NCBI GenBank assembly: GCA_040880465.1
Contig: JBBDIK010000007.1
Coordinates: 40,342-104,341, forward strand
Direction of reading: 5' to 3'
From: Actinomycetota bacterium
GTDB lineage: Bacteria; Actinomycetota; UBA4738; JBBDHU01
DNA: 64,000 nucleotides
The notes beneath the pieces are model-generated. The model did not search any database and was not told the origin of the DNA. It saw only the letters and a list, made by a program, of their open reading frames with translations. How positions within the stretch are numbered: position 1 is the first letter of the stretch; each line of letters begins with the position of its first letter. Below are positions 17,256 to 25,820 of this stretch, piece after piece. The translations under genes were made by a program, and so were the position numbers.

Positions 17256-17846
17256 GTGTCCTGTAGAACTGAGCGCGTGCAGGAGGATGCTGGCCGTGAC
17301 CTGGAGCTGCACCGGCGCCTGAAGGGCGGGGACGCCGGGGCCTTCGAGGAGCTGTACAAGATCTACTCCCGCCCTGTCTACGGCATCGCGCTGCGGGTGG
17401 CCGGTCACGACGGCATCGCCCAGGAGGTCGTGCACGACGCCTTCATGGCTCTCTGGCGAGCCCCGGAGGCCTTCGACCCAACCCGGGGCAGCCTGCGGAC
17501 CTTCCTTCTGAGCCTGACCCACCACCGGGCCGTCGACGCGGTCCGTAGGGAGGAACGCCTGCGCCAGCGCAACATCCGGGCATCGAACCTTGAGCCTCGT
17601 CAGGGCGAAGATGTAGCGGAGGACGTGGTCGAGGGAGCCCTCCTCGACCAAAGGAGCAAGGAGGTCAGAGAGGCGCTCGTGACGCTCCCCGACGACCAGC
17701 GAACGGTGCTGGAGATGGCATATTTCGGAAGCAGGACACAGGTCCAGATCGCAGAGGAGCTCGGTATCCCCTTGGGAACGGTGAAGACACGGACCCTGGC
17801 GGCGATGCGCAAGCTCCGGCGAACGCTGCAACGGGTGGAAGCATGA
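17256..17846 (+). CDS. ECF (sigma-70 family) RNA polymerase sigma factor, SigK-like
   Basis: Region 2 (FEELYKIYSRPVYGIALRV) and region 4 (YFGSRTQVQIAEELGIPLGTVKTR). Stop overlaps the anti-sigma start. Confidence 0.85.
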   Translation: MSCRTERVQEDAGRDLELHRRLKGGDAGAFEELYKIYSRPVYGIALRVAGHDGIAQEVVHDAFMALWRAPEAFDPTRGSLRTFLLSLTHHRAVDAVRREERLRQRNIRASNLEPRQGEDVAEDVVEGALLDQRSKEVREALVTLPDDQRTVLEMAYFGSRTQVQIAEELGIPLGTVKTRTLAAMRKLRRTLQRVEA

Positions 17847-18574
17847 TCCAAGACCACGATCGTATCGACGAGTTGCTCGCAGGCTACGTCCTGCAGGGCC
17901 TGGAAGGCGACGACGCCCGCGAAGCCGATCGGCTCCTGGTCGAACACGTTCCCGACTGCGCCGTGTGCAAGGAAACGCTCGCCGCCTTCCAGGCGGTAAC
18001 CGGCGACCTGGCACTGGCCGCCGACCCGATCGATCCTCCGGACCTGCTGTGGCCGCAGATCCGGCGTTCGATGGGCGAGGAGCCGGTGGGCCGCGGTCGC
18101 AAGCTCGCGCTCCTGGCCGTCGCCGCATCGATCGTTGCGATCTTCGCACTCGCCGGCTGGAACGTCTTGCTGAACGGGCGCATCTCCGATGAGTCCGGCC
18201 ACAAGCAGCAACTCGCCAGCATGCTCGCCGACATGACGGGCGACGACGGCCGACGGATGGTCTCGCTGGAGGATCCCGACCACGAGCCGACGATGCTCAT
18301 CTCCTACCTGCCCGGCTACCCGGCGACCCGCTTCGTCGGAGTGAACGTTCCCGATCCGGCCGAGGGCCACGTCTACCGCGTCTGGCTGATCGACCACGGC
18401 GACTCCACGCAACTCGCGGACTTCGTCCCGTCCGAAGGTGTCGTGATGATCGAGTCGAACATCGACCTGTCGACCTTCGACGAGGTCGTTATCACCGAGG
18501 AGCCGGGCTCCGCTTCGGCGACGTTCGCACCGGGTGGCACCGTCCGCTGGAGCGGGAACGTCTTCGCTACCTAG
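17843..18574 (+). CDS. anti-sigma factor, RskA-type (zf-HC2 N-terminus, one TM, extracytoplasmic RskA domain)
   Basis: HVPDCAVCKE motif, a central TM helix, and C-terminal YRVWLI. ATGA overlap with the sigma gene. Confidence 0.8.
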   Translation: MIQDHDRIDELLAGYVLQGLEGDDAREADRLLVEHVPDCAVCKETLAAFQAVTGDLALAADPIDPPDLLWPQIRRSMGEEPVGRGRKLALLAVAASIVAIFALAGWNVLLNGRISDESGHKQQLASMLADMTGDDGRRMVSLEDPDHEPTMLISYLPGYPATRFVGVNVPDPAEGHVYRVWLIDHGDSTQLADFVPSEGVVMIESNIDLSTFDEVVITEEPGSASATFAPGGTVRWSGNVFAT

Positions 18575-19314
18575 GCGGTCGGCTCGGCGGCCGGTGTGGG
18601 TGCAGGTGCCGGCCCGGACGCGGACGCTTTCAGGAACCCGAGGAACATCACGCTGATCCCCGCCAACAGCGTCAGCGAGAATCCGACCAGGATGCCCGTC
18701 GCCGCGAACGCAGACCCGCCGGCGACGATGGTCGCGCCGAGGGCGATCAGCAGCGTTCCCCAGAACCGGCCGCGCAGGTCCGGCGCCCTACGCATCTTCC
18801 ACGCCGACCACCCCGTGCCGGCCAGCAGGATCGCATACGCCGTGTAGGAGGAGACCCTGGCGAGCGTGATCGCGACCGCGGGCGGGCCGAAGACATCCAC
18901 CCCTCTCGGGAGGTCAAGCGTGAACGGGACGAAGACGTGGCCCTCTGCCCGGGTGAATGGGTCGCTGAAGGCACCGAACGCTTCGAGGTAGACCACGTAG
19001 GCCGCACCCAGCGCCAACAACGTGAGCGCCGTCACCGTCACGGCGCGCCGCCCGGGGAACAGCAGCACGAACTCGCCCGCGGCCAAGGCCGGAACCGTGA
19101 GGATCGCGCCGAAGAGCCAGTAGGCCGCGAACAGCTCCACGCTCCAACCGAACGAGACCCCGGCGAAGAGCGCGACGGACGCCAGCGCGTACATGCCCAT
19201 CGCGATCGCCCAGAGGAGCTGGTACGTCTGCCTGCGAGCCACGAACCGGCGGACCAGCGCCGCGCAGAACACCCCGGCCACGATCGCTGCCGCAAGCGGA
19301 AAGATCCCGATCAC
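18571..19314 (-). CDS. polytopic membrane protein, unknown function
   Basis: 247-aa ORF with at least six hydrophobic helices. Confidence 0.55.
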   Translation of the reverse strand: MIGIFPLAAAIVAGVFCAALVRRFVARRQTYQLLWAIAMGMYALASVALFAGVSFGWSVELFAAYWLFGAILTVPALAAGEFVLLFPGRRAVTVTALTLLALGAAYVVYLEAFGAFSDPFTRAEGHVFVPFTLDLPRGVDVFGPPAVAITLARVSSYTAYAILLAGTGWSAWKMRRAPDLRGRFWGTLLIALGATIVAGGSAFAATGILVGFSLTLLAGISVMFLGFLKASASGPAPAPTPAAEPTA

Positions 19315-19394
19315 GCACCGCCCCCGTTACGTTGAGATTCCGTGCCGTTCATCGCCCGGAGCATATCCCGGGTGTAGCATCCCTTCCGCGACCC

Positions 19395-20177
19395 ATGGAC
19401 TTCCCTGCCCCTTCACTCGTGTTCTCGACGGCCCCCTTCTTCCGGCGGCCGGTCCGCGAAGCCATGGAGACCGCCGCTCGCGCCGGCTTCGAGGGCGTCG
19501 AGGTCATGGTCAGTAAAGACCCCGACACGCAGGACGCCGAGCGGCTCTCGGAACTCGCGAACGACTACGACCTGCGGATCGGCGCCATCCACGCCCCGTT
19601 CCTCGTCTTCACCCGCCGCGTCTTCGGCACCGACCCTGTTCGCAAGGTCGAGCGGTCGGTCGATCTGGCCGAGGCCGTCGGCGCTCCGATCGTCGTCGCC
19701 CACCCCCCCTATCGCTGGCAGGGTCACTACCGGCGCTGGCTCGACACCGAACTTCCCCGCATCTCCCACGAACGCGATGTGACCGTCGCAGTCGAGAACA
19801 TGTTCCCGCTCGGGTTCGCGTTCCACGGCCATCACCGGATGGACGAACTGGCCCGCTACCCGGACCTCACCCTCGACACGAGCCACGCCGCCGTCTCGGG
19901 CCTCGACCTCATCGACGTCGCCACTCACCACAGCGAACGCCTCCGCCACATCCACCTATCGAACAACCGCGGACGAGGATGGGACTCGCACCTCCCCGTC
20001 GACGAGGGCGTGCTCCCCATCCCCGAGTTCCTCGAGTCCCTCGCGGACCAGCGTTTCACCGGGAGCATCTCCCTGGAACTCGACCTCCGCCGCTGGCTCG
20101 CAGACCCCTCCGCGCTCCACGAAGTCCTCGTCGCCAACCGCCGCACCTGCGAACGCCGCCTCCCCGCGCTGGCGTGA
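19395..20177 (+). CDS. sugar phosphate isomerase/epimerase (xylose-isomerase-like TIM barrel)
   Basis: GFEGVEV, IHAPF and VAVENMF motifs. Internal ATG at 19395. Confidence 0.7.
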   Translation: MDFPAPSLVFSTAPFFRRPVREAMETAARAGFEGVEVMVSKDPDTQDAERLSELANDYDLRIGAIHAPFLVFTRRVFGTDPVRKVERSVDLAEAVGAPIVVAHPPYRWQGHYRRWLDTELPRISHERDVTVAVENMFPLGFAFHGHHRMDELARYPDLTLDTSHAAVSGLDLIDVATHHSERLRHIHLSNNRGRGWDSHLPVDEGVLPIPEFLESLADQRFTGSISLELDLRRWLADPSALHEVLVANRRTCERRLPALA

Positions 20178-20393
20178 AAATCGTTTGGTAGCCTCCGGCC
20201 GTGCGCCGAGGAACCCTGATCACGCTCATCGTCCTGCTCGCGGCCATCGCCATCGTCGCGCTCGTGCAGTTGTCCCTGGGTTCTTCGGGAGGCCCGACGT
20301 GCCCCGGTCCGACCTCGAACCCGACCGCCCTCCCGGCGCCGGGAACGACCCTGGAATGCGAGTGAAGCAGCTACAGCAGCTGGGAAGGCGCTC

Positions 20394-20930
20394 ATGAATC
20401 CGCAGGACCGAGGTCCGCTCATCATCGCCGGCGGTATCGTCATCGCCGGGCTGTTCATCGCCATCGCGATCTACCTCTCGCGCGGCCCTGCGGATGTGGC
20501 TACCGCCCCGGCGCCCACGCACTCGCCCCGACCTGCGATCAGCGTGAGCCCGACCGCCGCACCCGAACCCAACACCGCCGAGCAGGATCGCGAGACGAAG
20601 GACAACCTCGAGGAGGCGATCGGGGCCGCTACGAAGATCTACGAGGACGGTGGCGACTTCTCGGCGGCGGACAGCTTCTCGATGGCTCAGGCGTTCCCGC
20701 GCTTCACGTACCAGGAATCGATCCGAGATTCGACCGACCCTCAGGACATCAGCGTGTACGCGACCGACACCGAGTGGTCCGCGGCGGCGGCCTCAGGATC
20801 GGAGAGCTGCTTCTGGATCAAGGTAGCGGTCGAGGCCGCGGGCGACGAGCCACAGGTTTCCTACGGGGCGGGATCGCCGTGCACCGGTCGCGCCGCATCA
20901 TCGGCCACGGCGGGCAACTGGCCGGCGTGA
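20394..20930 (+). CDS. membrane-anchored hypothetical protein
   Basis: 178 aa with an N-terminal TM helix, a Pro/Ala linker and a soluble domain. Confidence 0.55.
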   Translation: MNPQDRGPLIIAGGIVIAGLFIAIAIYLSRGPADVATAPAPTHSPRPAISVSPTAAPEPNTAEQDRETKDNLEEAIGAATKIYEDGGDFSAADSFSMAQAFPRFTYQESIRDSTDPQDISVYATDTEWSAAAASGSESCFWIKVAVEAAGDEPQVSYGAGSPCTGRAASSATAGNWPA

Positions 20931-20953
20931 AACGGACCTGAGAACGGGAGGGT

Positions 20954-21055
20954 CTAGCGACCCTGCTGTCGGCGCGCCCAGCGCGTCTTCTTCAGAAGCT
21001 TCTTGTGCTTCTTCTTGCGCATCTTCTTACGACGCTTCTTGACGAGCGACGGCAC
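20954..21055 (-). CDS. bS22-type mini ribosomal protein, 33 aa (MPSLVKKRRKKMRKKKHKKLLKKTRWARRQQGR)
   Basis: Below the ORF-track size cut-off. GTG start preceded by GGAAGGAAG. Closely resembles the actinobacterial bS22 pattern ..KKRRKRM.KKKHRKLLR.TR.QRR. Confidence 0.75.
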   Translation of the reverse strand: MPSLVKKRRKKMRKKKHKKLLKKTRWARRQQGR

Positions 21056-21076
21056 ACGCTTCCTTCCTCTTCGATG

Positions 21077-21967
21077 TCAGGTGGTTCCGAACAGACCGTT
21101 CAGGTCAACCCGCCTGGTGTCGAACCCCTCATCCAGGCGAACGCTCCCCAGTCTAAGGGCCCGAGGCGCCTCCGCCACCGGCGAGACCAGGCGCATGACC
21201 CCCTCGTCCGCAGCGTACTCAAGATACCCGAGACCGAGGTAGGCGCCCGCTCCGTCCGAGAGACCCACCAGGAGCCGGTCGAGCTGCGCGAGGTCGAACA
21301 AGGGCGGAACGGCAGGCATGAAGACGGTCGGCTTGACGCGCCAACGCTGGAGCGAGCCCGAGAAGTACGTCGTGAAGGCGGCGACCCGGTCCGCGACGCG
21401 CTGGTCCGGGGTGGTCGGCACGACCGAGGGATGGACAGGGAGCGAGACGACCTCGGCGTCGAAGAAGCGCTGCACGATCCCCAGGAGTGGCTCTAGTTCG
21501 CCGCCGCGCTGCAGCCCCACGACCAGGTCCGGCTGGATCAGTTCGAACTTGTGGTACTTGAGCGACTGACCCTCCAAGCCGGAGACGAGACCGCTGGTGT
21601 CGACGACGACGATGTCCGCGCCTGCCTGCTTCGCGCGTGCGACCGAACGGCCGGTCCCGGCGACGACCTGCAGCAGATGACCCTGGGGCGAGGATGAGCC
21701 GACGAACTGCAATGAATCGGGATGGGCCAGCCCCTCCGGCTCGATGTCATGCGGCGAGCGGATCAGCTTGAGTCCGACGGTCGCCGGGGGGCCGCTGGCC
21801 GGCTGTGCAACGTCGGCATCGACGAGGGCGCCCATGCGGCCGGCCTCGGCCGCCGCGCGCAGGATGCTCTTCGCGATCGTGGTCTTGCCCGCGTCCAAGC
21901 CACCGACCAGCGCAACCGTGTGCGCCGATGCAGCCGCTCGTTCGACGAGCGCGTCGTGGTCGTCCAT
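21077..21967 (-). CDS. Clp1/Grc3-like P-loop polynucleotide kinase family protein
   Basis: Walker A VGGLDAGKTT followed by LVDADVAQPASGPPATVGL, which resembles the Clp1 P-loop domain signature D.D.GQ....PG. Also VVVDTSG. Confidence 0.6.
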   Translation of the reverse strand: MDDHDALVERAAASAHTVALVGGLDAGKTTIAKSILRAAAEAGRMGALVDADVAQPASGPPATVGLKLIRSPHDIEPEGLAHPDSLQFVGSSSPQGHLLQVVAGTGRSVARAKQAGADIVVVDTSGLVSGLEGQSLKYHKFELIQPDLVVGLQRGGELEPLLGIVQRFFDAEVVSLPVHPSVVPTTPDQRVADRVAAFTTYFSGSLQRWRVKPTVFMPAVPPLFDLAQLDRLLVGLSDGAGAYLGLGYLEYAADEGVMRLVSPVAEAPRALRLGSVRLDEGFDTRRVDLNGLFGTT

Positions 21968-22230
21968 GTCGCCTCCGGGCCTCGGCCCCGAGACGTCGTT
22001 CAGCTCGCGCGTGCGCTATCCGGCGATCGCCGGCGCGTTCCGGGTCCTCCTGGTGGTCGGTCCTGCCTCACACACGGTCACGAACGAAGCGTCTCATCGT
22101 CGGGTTCTCGTCATATTCCCTCTCGGGCCGCTGATTGTACGCCGGACCCGCGTGGGCCGTTCAGTCGTGCCCGCTACCGCCGGACCCGCTCGGGCAGGAC
22201 CCGCATCCGGCGGAACCCGGCCGGTAGGCT

Positions 22231-23031
22231 GTGCGGACCGTGGAGATCGCCGGAACTATCGCCGTCGTGACCGGGGCTTCGTCAGGCCTCGGTTGGTACT
22301 CATCACTTGCCCTCGCCGACCGGGGCGCCACGGTCGTCGTCGCGGCCCGCCGGATGGATCGACTCGAGGAGTTGGTCCAGCACATCGAGCAGCGCGACGG
22401 GCGGGCACTGGCGGTCCGGTGCGACGTCGCGGCGCCTGAGCAGATCGAGGCACTCGCCGCCGAGGTCGACGGCGCGTTCGGCCGGTGCGACATCCTCGTG
22501 AACAACGCGGGCCTGCCCGGCGGGGGCCTGTTCGCCGACCGGACGCCGGAGGAGATCGAACGCCTGGTCCGCGTCAACATCCTGGGCGTGATGCACGGGT
22601 GCCGCGTGTTCCTCCCGATGATGCTGGCGGCGGGGCGCGGCCACATCCTGAACATCGCCTCGATCGCCGGCCGTCACGCGGCGCCGACGGCCGCCCTCTA
22701 CTCGTCGACCAAACACGCGGTCAGCGCGTTCTCCGAGTCGCTCTCGCACGAGCTGATCGACCACGGCATCCTCGTCACGTCGATGAACCCGGGGTTCGCC
22801 GCGACGGAAGGGTTCCCACAGGGCGACCTTCCCAGGCATCTCGTGATGCGGGCAGGAACGGTCGCTCGCGCGGTGGTCCGGGCCGTGGAACGAGATGCCG
22901 GACCCCAGATCACCGTCCCGCGGTGGGCCGGCACCCTGGAAGTGTTCCGGATCCTCGGACCGCTCTACTGGTGGGGCATGCGCAGGCTGATCAAGGTGCG
23001 CTCGCGCCCGTCGCCAACCCGCCCAGCCTAG
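22231..23031 (+). CDS. short-chain dehydrogenase/reductase (SDR)
   Basis: TGASSGLG cofactor motif, NNAG, and YSSTK catalytic motif. Confidence 0.9.
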   Translation: MRTVEIAGTIAVVTGASSGLGWYSSLALADRGATVVVAARRMDRLEELVQHIEQRDGRALAVRCDVAAPEQIEALAAEVDGAFGRCDILVNNAGLPGGGLFADRTPEEIERLVRVNILGVMHGCRVFLPMMLAAGRGHILNIASIAGRHAAPTAALYSSTKHAVSAFSESLSHELIDHGILVTSMNPGFAATEGFPQGDLPRHLVMRAGTVARAVVRAVERDAGPQITVPRWAGTLEVFRILGPLYWWGMRRLIKVRSRPSPTRPA

Positions 23032-23054
23032 CGGTCGGCTATCGTGCCGGGGTC

Positions 23055-24326
23055 ATGCTGAAGATCATCAACCTCAGAGCAGGCGAGGAGCTACCGGGTC
23101 CATCCCCGGTCGCGCTGGACGATGACGTCCTGGCCGGAACCCGCGCCATCATCGAACGTGTTCGCAGCGAGGGAGACGCAGCCCTCGTTGCGCTCACGCG
23201 CGAGTTCGACGGCGCCGACATCGCAGGCCGCATCGCACTGGATGATGACGAACTGGACTCGGCGGCAGGCGAACTCGACCCGGCGCTCCGCGACGCGCTC
23301 GACCGGATGGCCGACCGACTGCGAGCGTTCCACGCGCGACAGCTCCCCCTGGCCTGGGATGCCGAGCGCGACGGCGTCCGCTACGGCGAGATCGTCAAGC
23401 CGCTATCGGCGGCGGGCTGCTACGTGCCGGGCGGACGGGCGTCGTACCCATCGACGGTGTTGATGACCGTCATACCCGCTCGGGTGGCCGGGGTCGAGCG
23501 CGTCGTGGTGACGACCCCCTGCGATGAGAATACGGACGTGCCGCCCGCCGTTCGGTACGCGGCGCGGGTCGCGGAGGTCGACGCCGTCTTTCGGGTCGGC
23601 GGGGCACAGGCGATCGCCGCGCTCGCATACGGAACGGAGAGCGTGCCGCGCGTCGACAAGGTCGTCGGACCCGGAAACGTGTGGGTGACGGCGGCGAAGG
23701 CACTCCTGGTCGGCACGGTCGGGATCGACTCGCTGGCCGGCCCCAGCGAGCTGGTCATCATCGCGGATGCGAACGCCGATCCGGCCGCACTCGCGGTCGA
23801 CTTGGTCGCGCAAGCCGAGCACGATCCGATGGCGCGTGCGGTGCTCGTCACCACGGACGGGTCCCTGGCGGCCGCGGTCGCCGACCGGCTGGCGGACGAA
23901 GTCATGGCGTCCCCCCGTCGCGAGATCGTCGAGACCGCGATGGCGCACGGATCGATCGTTATCGCGCGTGATGAGACCGAGGCGGCGGCTGTTATCGACA
24001 GCATCGCCCCCGAGCACCTCCAGATCGTGACGGCGGACCCCCCGGCCACGCTCTCCCGGGTCCGAGCGTACGGGGCCGCGTTCCTCGGATCGTCGACGCC
24101 GGTTTCGTTCGGCGACTACGGGGTCGGCTCCAACCACGTGCTCCCAACCATGGGGAACGCGCGATTCGCATCGGGTCTGCGCGCCGCAGACTTCGTCACC
24201 ATCTCCAGTTTCACCGAGGCTTCCCCGGAAGGGGCAGCGACACTGGGACCGGAGATCGAAGCGGTCGCCGAGGCGGAGGGACTCCCTGCACACGCCCGCG
24301 CGTCCCGCATCAGGCGCTCCCCCTAG
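23055..24326 (+). CDS. hisD: histidinol dehydrogenase
   Basis: The ATG at 23055 is in frame within ORF 22485..24326. Motifs GCYVPGGRASYPSTVLM, AGPSE, QAEHD and GDY. Confidence 0.9.
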   Translation: MLKIINLRAGEELPGPSPVALDDDVLAGTRAIIERVRSEGDAALVALTREFDGADIAGRIALDDDELDSAAGELDPALRDALDRMADRLRAFHARQLPLAWDAERDGVRYGEIVKPLSAAGCYVPGGRASYPSTVLMTVIPARVAGVERVVVTTPCDENTDVPPAVRYAARVAEVDAVFRVGGAQAIAALAYGTESVPRVDKVVGPGNVWVTAAKALLVGTVGIDSLAGPSELVIIADANADPAALAVDLVAQAEHDPMARAVLVTTDGSLAAAVADRLADEVMASPRREIVETAMAHGSIVIARDETEAAAVIDSIAPEHLQIVTADPPATLSRVRAYGAAFLGSSTPVSFGDYGVGSNHVLPTMGNARFASGLRAADFVTISSFTEASPEGAATLGPEIEAVAEAEGLPAHARASRIRRSP

Positions 24327-24335
24327 AGGCGTCGG

Positions 24336-24665
24336 CTATCCAACGTTGATCCGGCCGGTCATCCCCGCGTGTATGTTGCACCGGTACCGGTAGGTCCCGT
24401 TCGAGTTGAACGTGAAGCCCGTATGCCCGCCTGCCTGGATACTCGAGTTCTTGTTCCAGTTGTTGCTGGTCGCAGTCACCGTGTGCCGTCGAGAGCTAAC
24501 GTTATTCCACACGACGCGTTCCCCGCGATTCACGCTCACCGACGACGGGCTGAACGTATTGGAGTTCCGGGCCCGGATAACCTGCCTTGCGTCTGCAGTA
24601 CTGGGCAGCATGAGCACCAGGCTCGCGGCAAGCAGCGCGACGATGGAGATCCTCTTCACTCGCAA
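24336..24665 (-). CDS. small secreted blue-copper protein (plastocyanin/azurin-like cupredoxin)
   Basis: Signal peptide. Type-1 Cu ligands H (RRHTV) and C-x2-H-x2-M (CNIHAGM). Confidence 0.8.
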   Translation of the reverse strand: MRVKRISIVALLAASLVLMLPSTADARQVIRARNSNTFSPSSVSVNRGERVVWNNVSSRRHTVTATSNNWNKNSSIQAGGHTGFTFNSNGTYRYRCNIHAGMTGRINVG

Positions 24666-24776
24666 CCACCCTCCTTGCGGGAAGCAGGTGACCCCACTCT
24701 CGCACGGAAGCGCGGATACCTCAAACGGGGAAGGGGTGGCCGAGTGACCAGCCTTGGCCGACGATGATCCTGCCGA

Positions 24777-25820
24777 TCATCCCGGCTGATCGGAGAACGT
24801 CGATGGAACCGACCCACCTGCACGCGCCTCCGCCCGCTCAACCCAGGCGCTCGGGAGTTCGTCGGGAACGGCCTCACCACACATCTCAGAGAAGTACAGG
24901 GTCCAGGCCCGCGGAACCACGCGCGCCCACTGATAGCCGCCTCCGCCGGTCGCCACCCAGCGCCCGTTCGTGAGCTCGTGCACGAGGGCGTGGAGTTCCT
25001 TGCCGGCGGCGCGGTACGCTGCGGTCGTCAGCGAAAGCGAAGCAAGCGGGTCCGAGACATGGGTGTCGCACCCCAGTTGCGTGACGAGCACATCGGGTTC
25101 GAAGCCCCGGACCGCGGGAAGCACCTCGGACCGCAGCACATCGAGCCACTCGTTATCCCTGGTCCCGGCATCGAGAGGAGCGTTGATCGCAGTCCCGACG
25201 CTCTCACCGCCGGTCCCCGGGAAGAACCAGGGGCCGTACTCGTGGATCGACGCGGTCAGGACACGGTCGTCGCCCTGGAAGATGGCCTCCGGGCCGTCCC
25301 CATGGTGTACGTCGATGTCCACGTATGCGACCCGCGCCGCCCCGAGCTCCAGCAGCCGGGCGATGCCGACCGCGGCATCGTCGTAGACGCAGAAGCCGGA
25401 CGCACGAGACGGCATCGCGTGATGAAGGCCGCCCGCGGCGTTGAAGGCGTGCTCGACCGCACCCGACCAGACGGCCTCGGCGCACGCCAGCGTTCCCCCG
25501 ACGCCGAGCACCGCCGCCTCGTGCATGTTCGGGAAGATCGGGTTATCGCCCGGCCCGTACCCGAACGCAGCGTAGTCGCCGGGCACCCCGTGGCCTGCGT
25601 TCCTCGTGGCCTCGAGGAACTCCGGCGAGTGAACCAGCCGCAGATCCTCGTCGGAGGCGGAGCGGCACCCGATCACGTCGACGTTCGGAAGACGGTCCAG
25701 CCCAAGGGCCTCGATCAGGTCCCAGGTGAGCAGGAATCGCTCGGGCCTGAGGGGGTGCTGTGGGCCGTGGTCGTAGGCTCCGGCCTCGCGGCACACGTAC
25801 AAACCTACGCGCTCACTCAT
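24777..25820 (-). CDS. histone deacetylase-family amidohydrolase (AcuC / acetylpolyamine-deacetylase-like)
   Basis: GGLHHAMPSRASGFCVYDD and DIDVHHGDG motifs. ATGA overlap with the upstream gene. Confidence 0.85.
   Translation of the reverse strand: MSERVGLYVCREAGAYDHGPQHPLRPERFLLTWDLIEALGLDRLPNVDVIGCRSASDEDLRLVHSPEFLEATRNAGHGVPGDYAAFGYGPGDNPIFPNMHEAAVLGVGGTLACAEAVWSGAVEHAFNAAGGLHHAMPSRASGFCVYDDAAVGIARLLELGAARVAYVDIDVHHGDGPEAIFQGDDRVLTASIHEYGPWFFPGTGGESVGTAINAPLDAGTRDNEWLDVLRSEVLPAVRGFEPDVLVTQLGCDTHVSDPLASLSLTTAAYRAAGKELHALVHELTNGRWVATGGGGYQWARVVPRAWTLYFSEMCGEAVPDELPSAWVERAEARAGGSVPSTFSDQPG

Noticed and set aside
20201-20365. 54-aa GTG-initiated ORF with an N-terminal hydrophobic helix (VRRGTLITLIVLLAAIAIVALVQ...)
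   Set aside because: There is no recognisable Shine-Dalgarno upstream and nothing else supports it. It is too weak to report as a feature.
22485-23054. 190-codon N-terminal extension of hisD in the ORF track
   Set aside because: It overlaps the SDR gene in another frame and is Arg/Pro-rich. HisD homology begins at the ATG at 23055 (MLKIINLR...).
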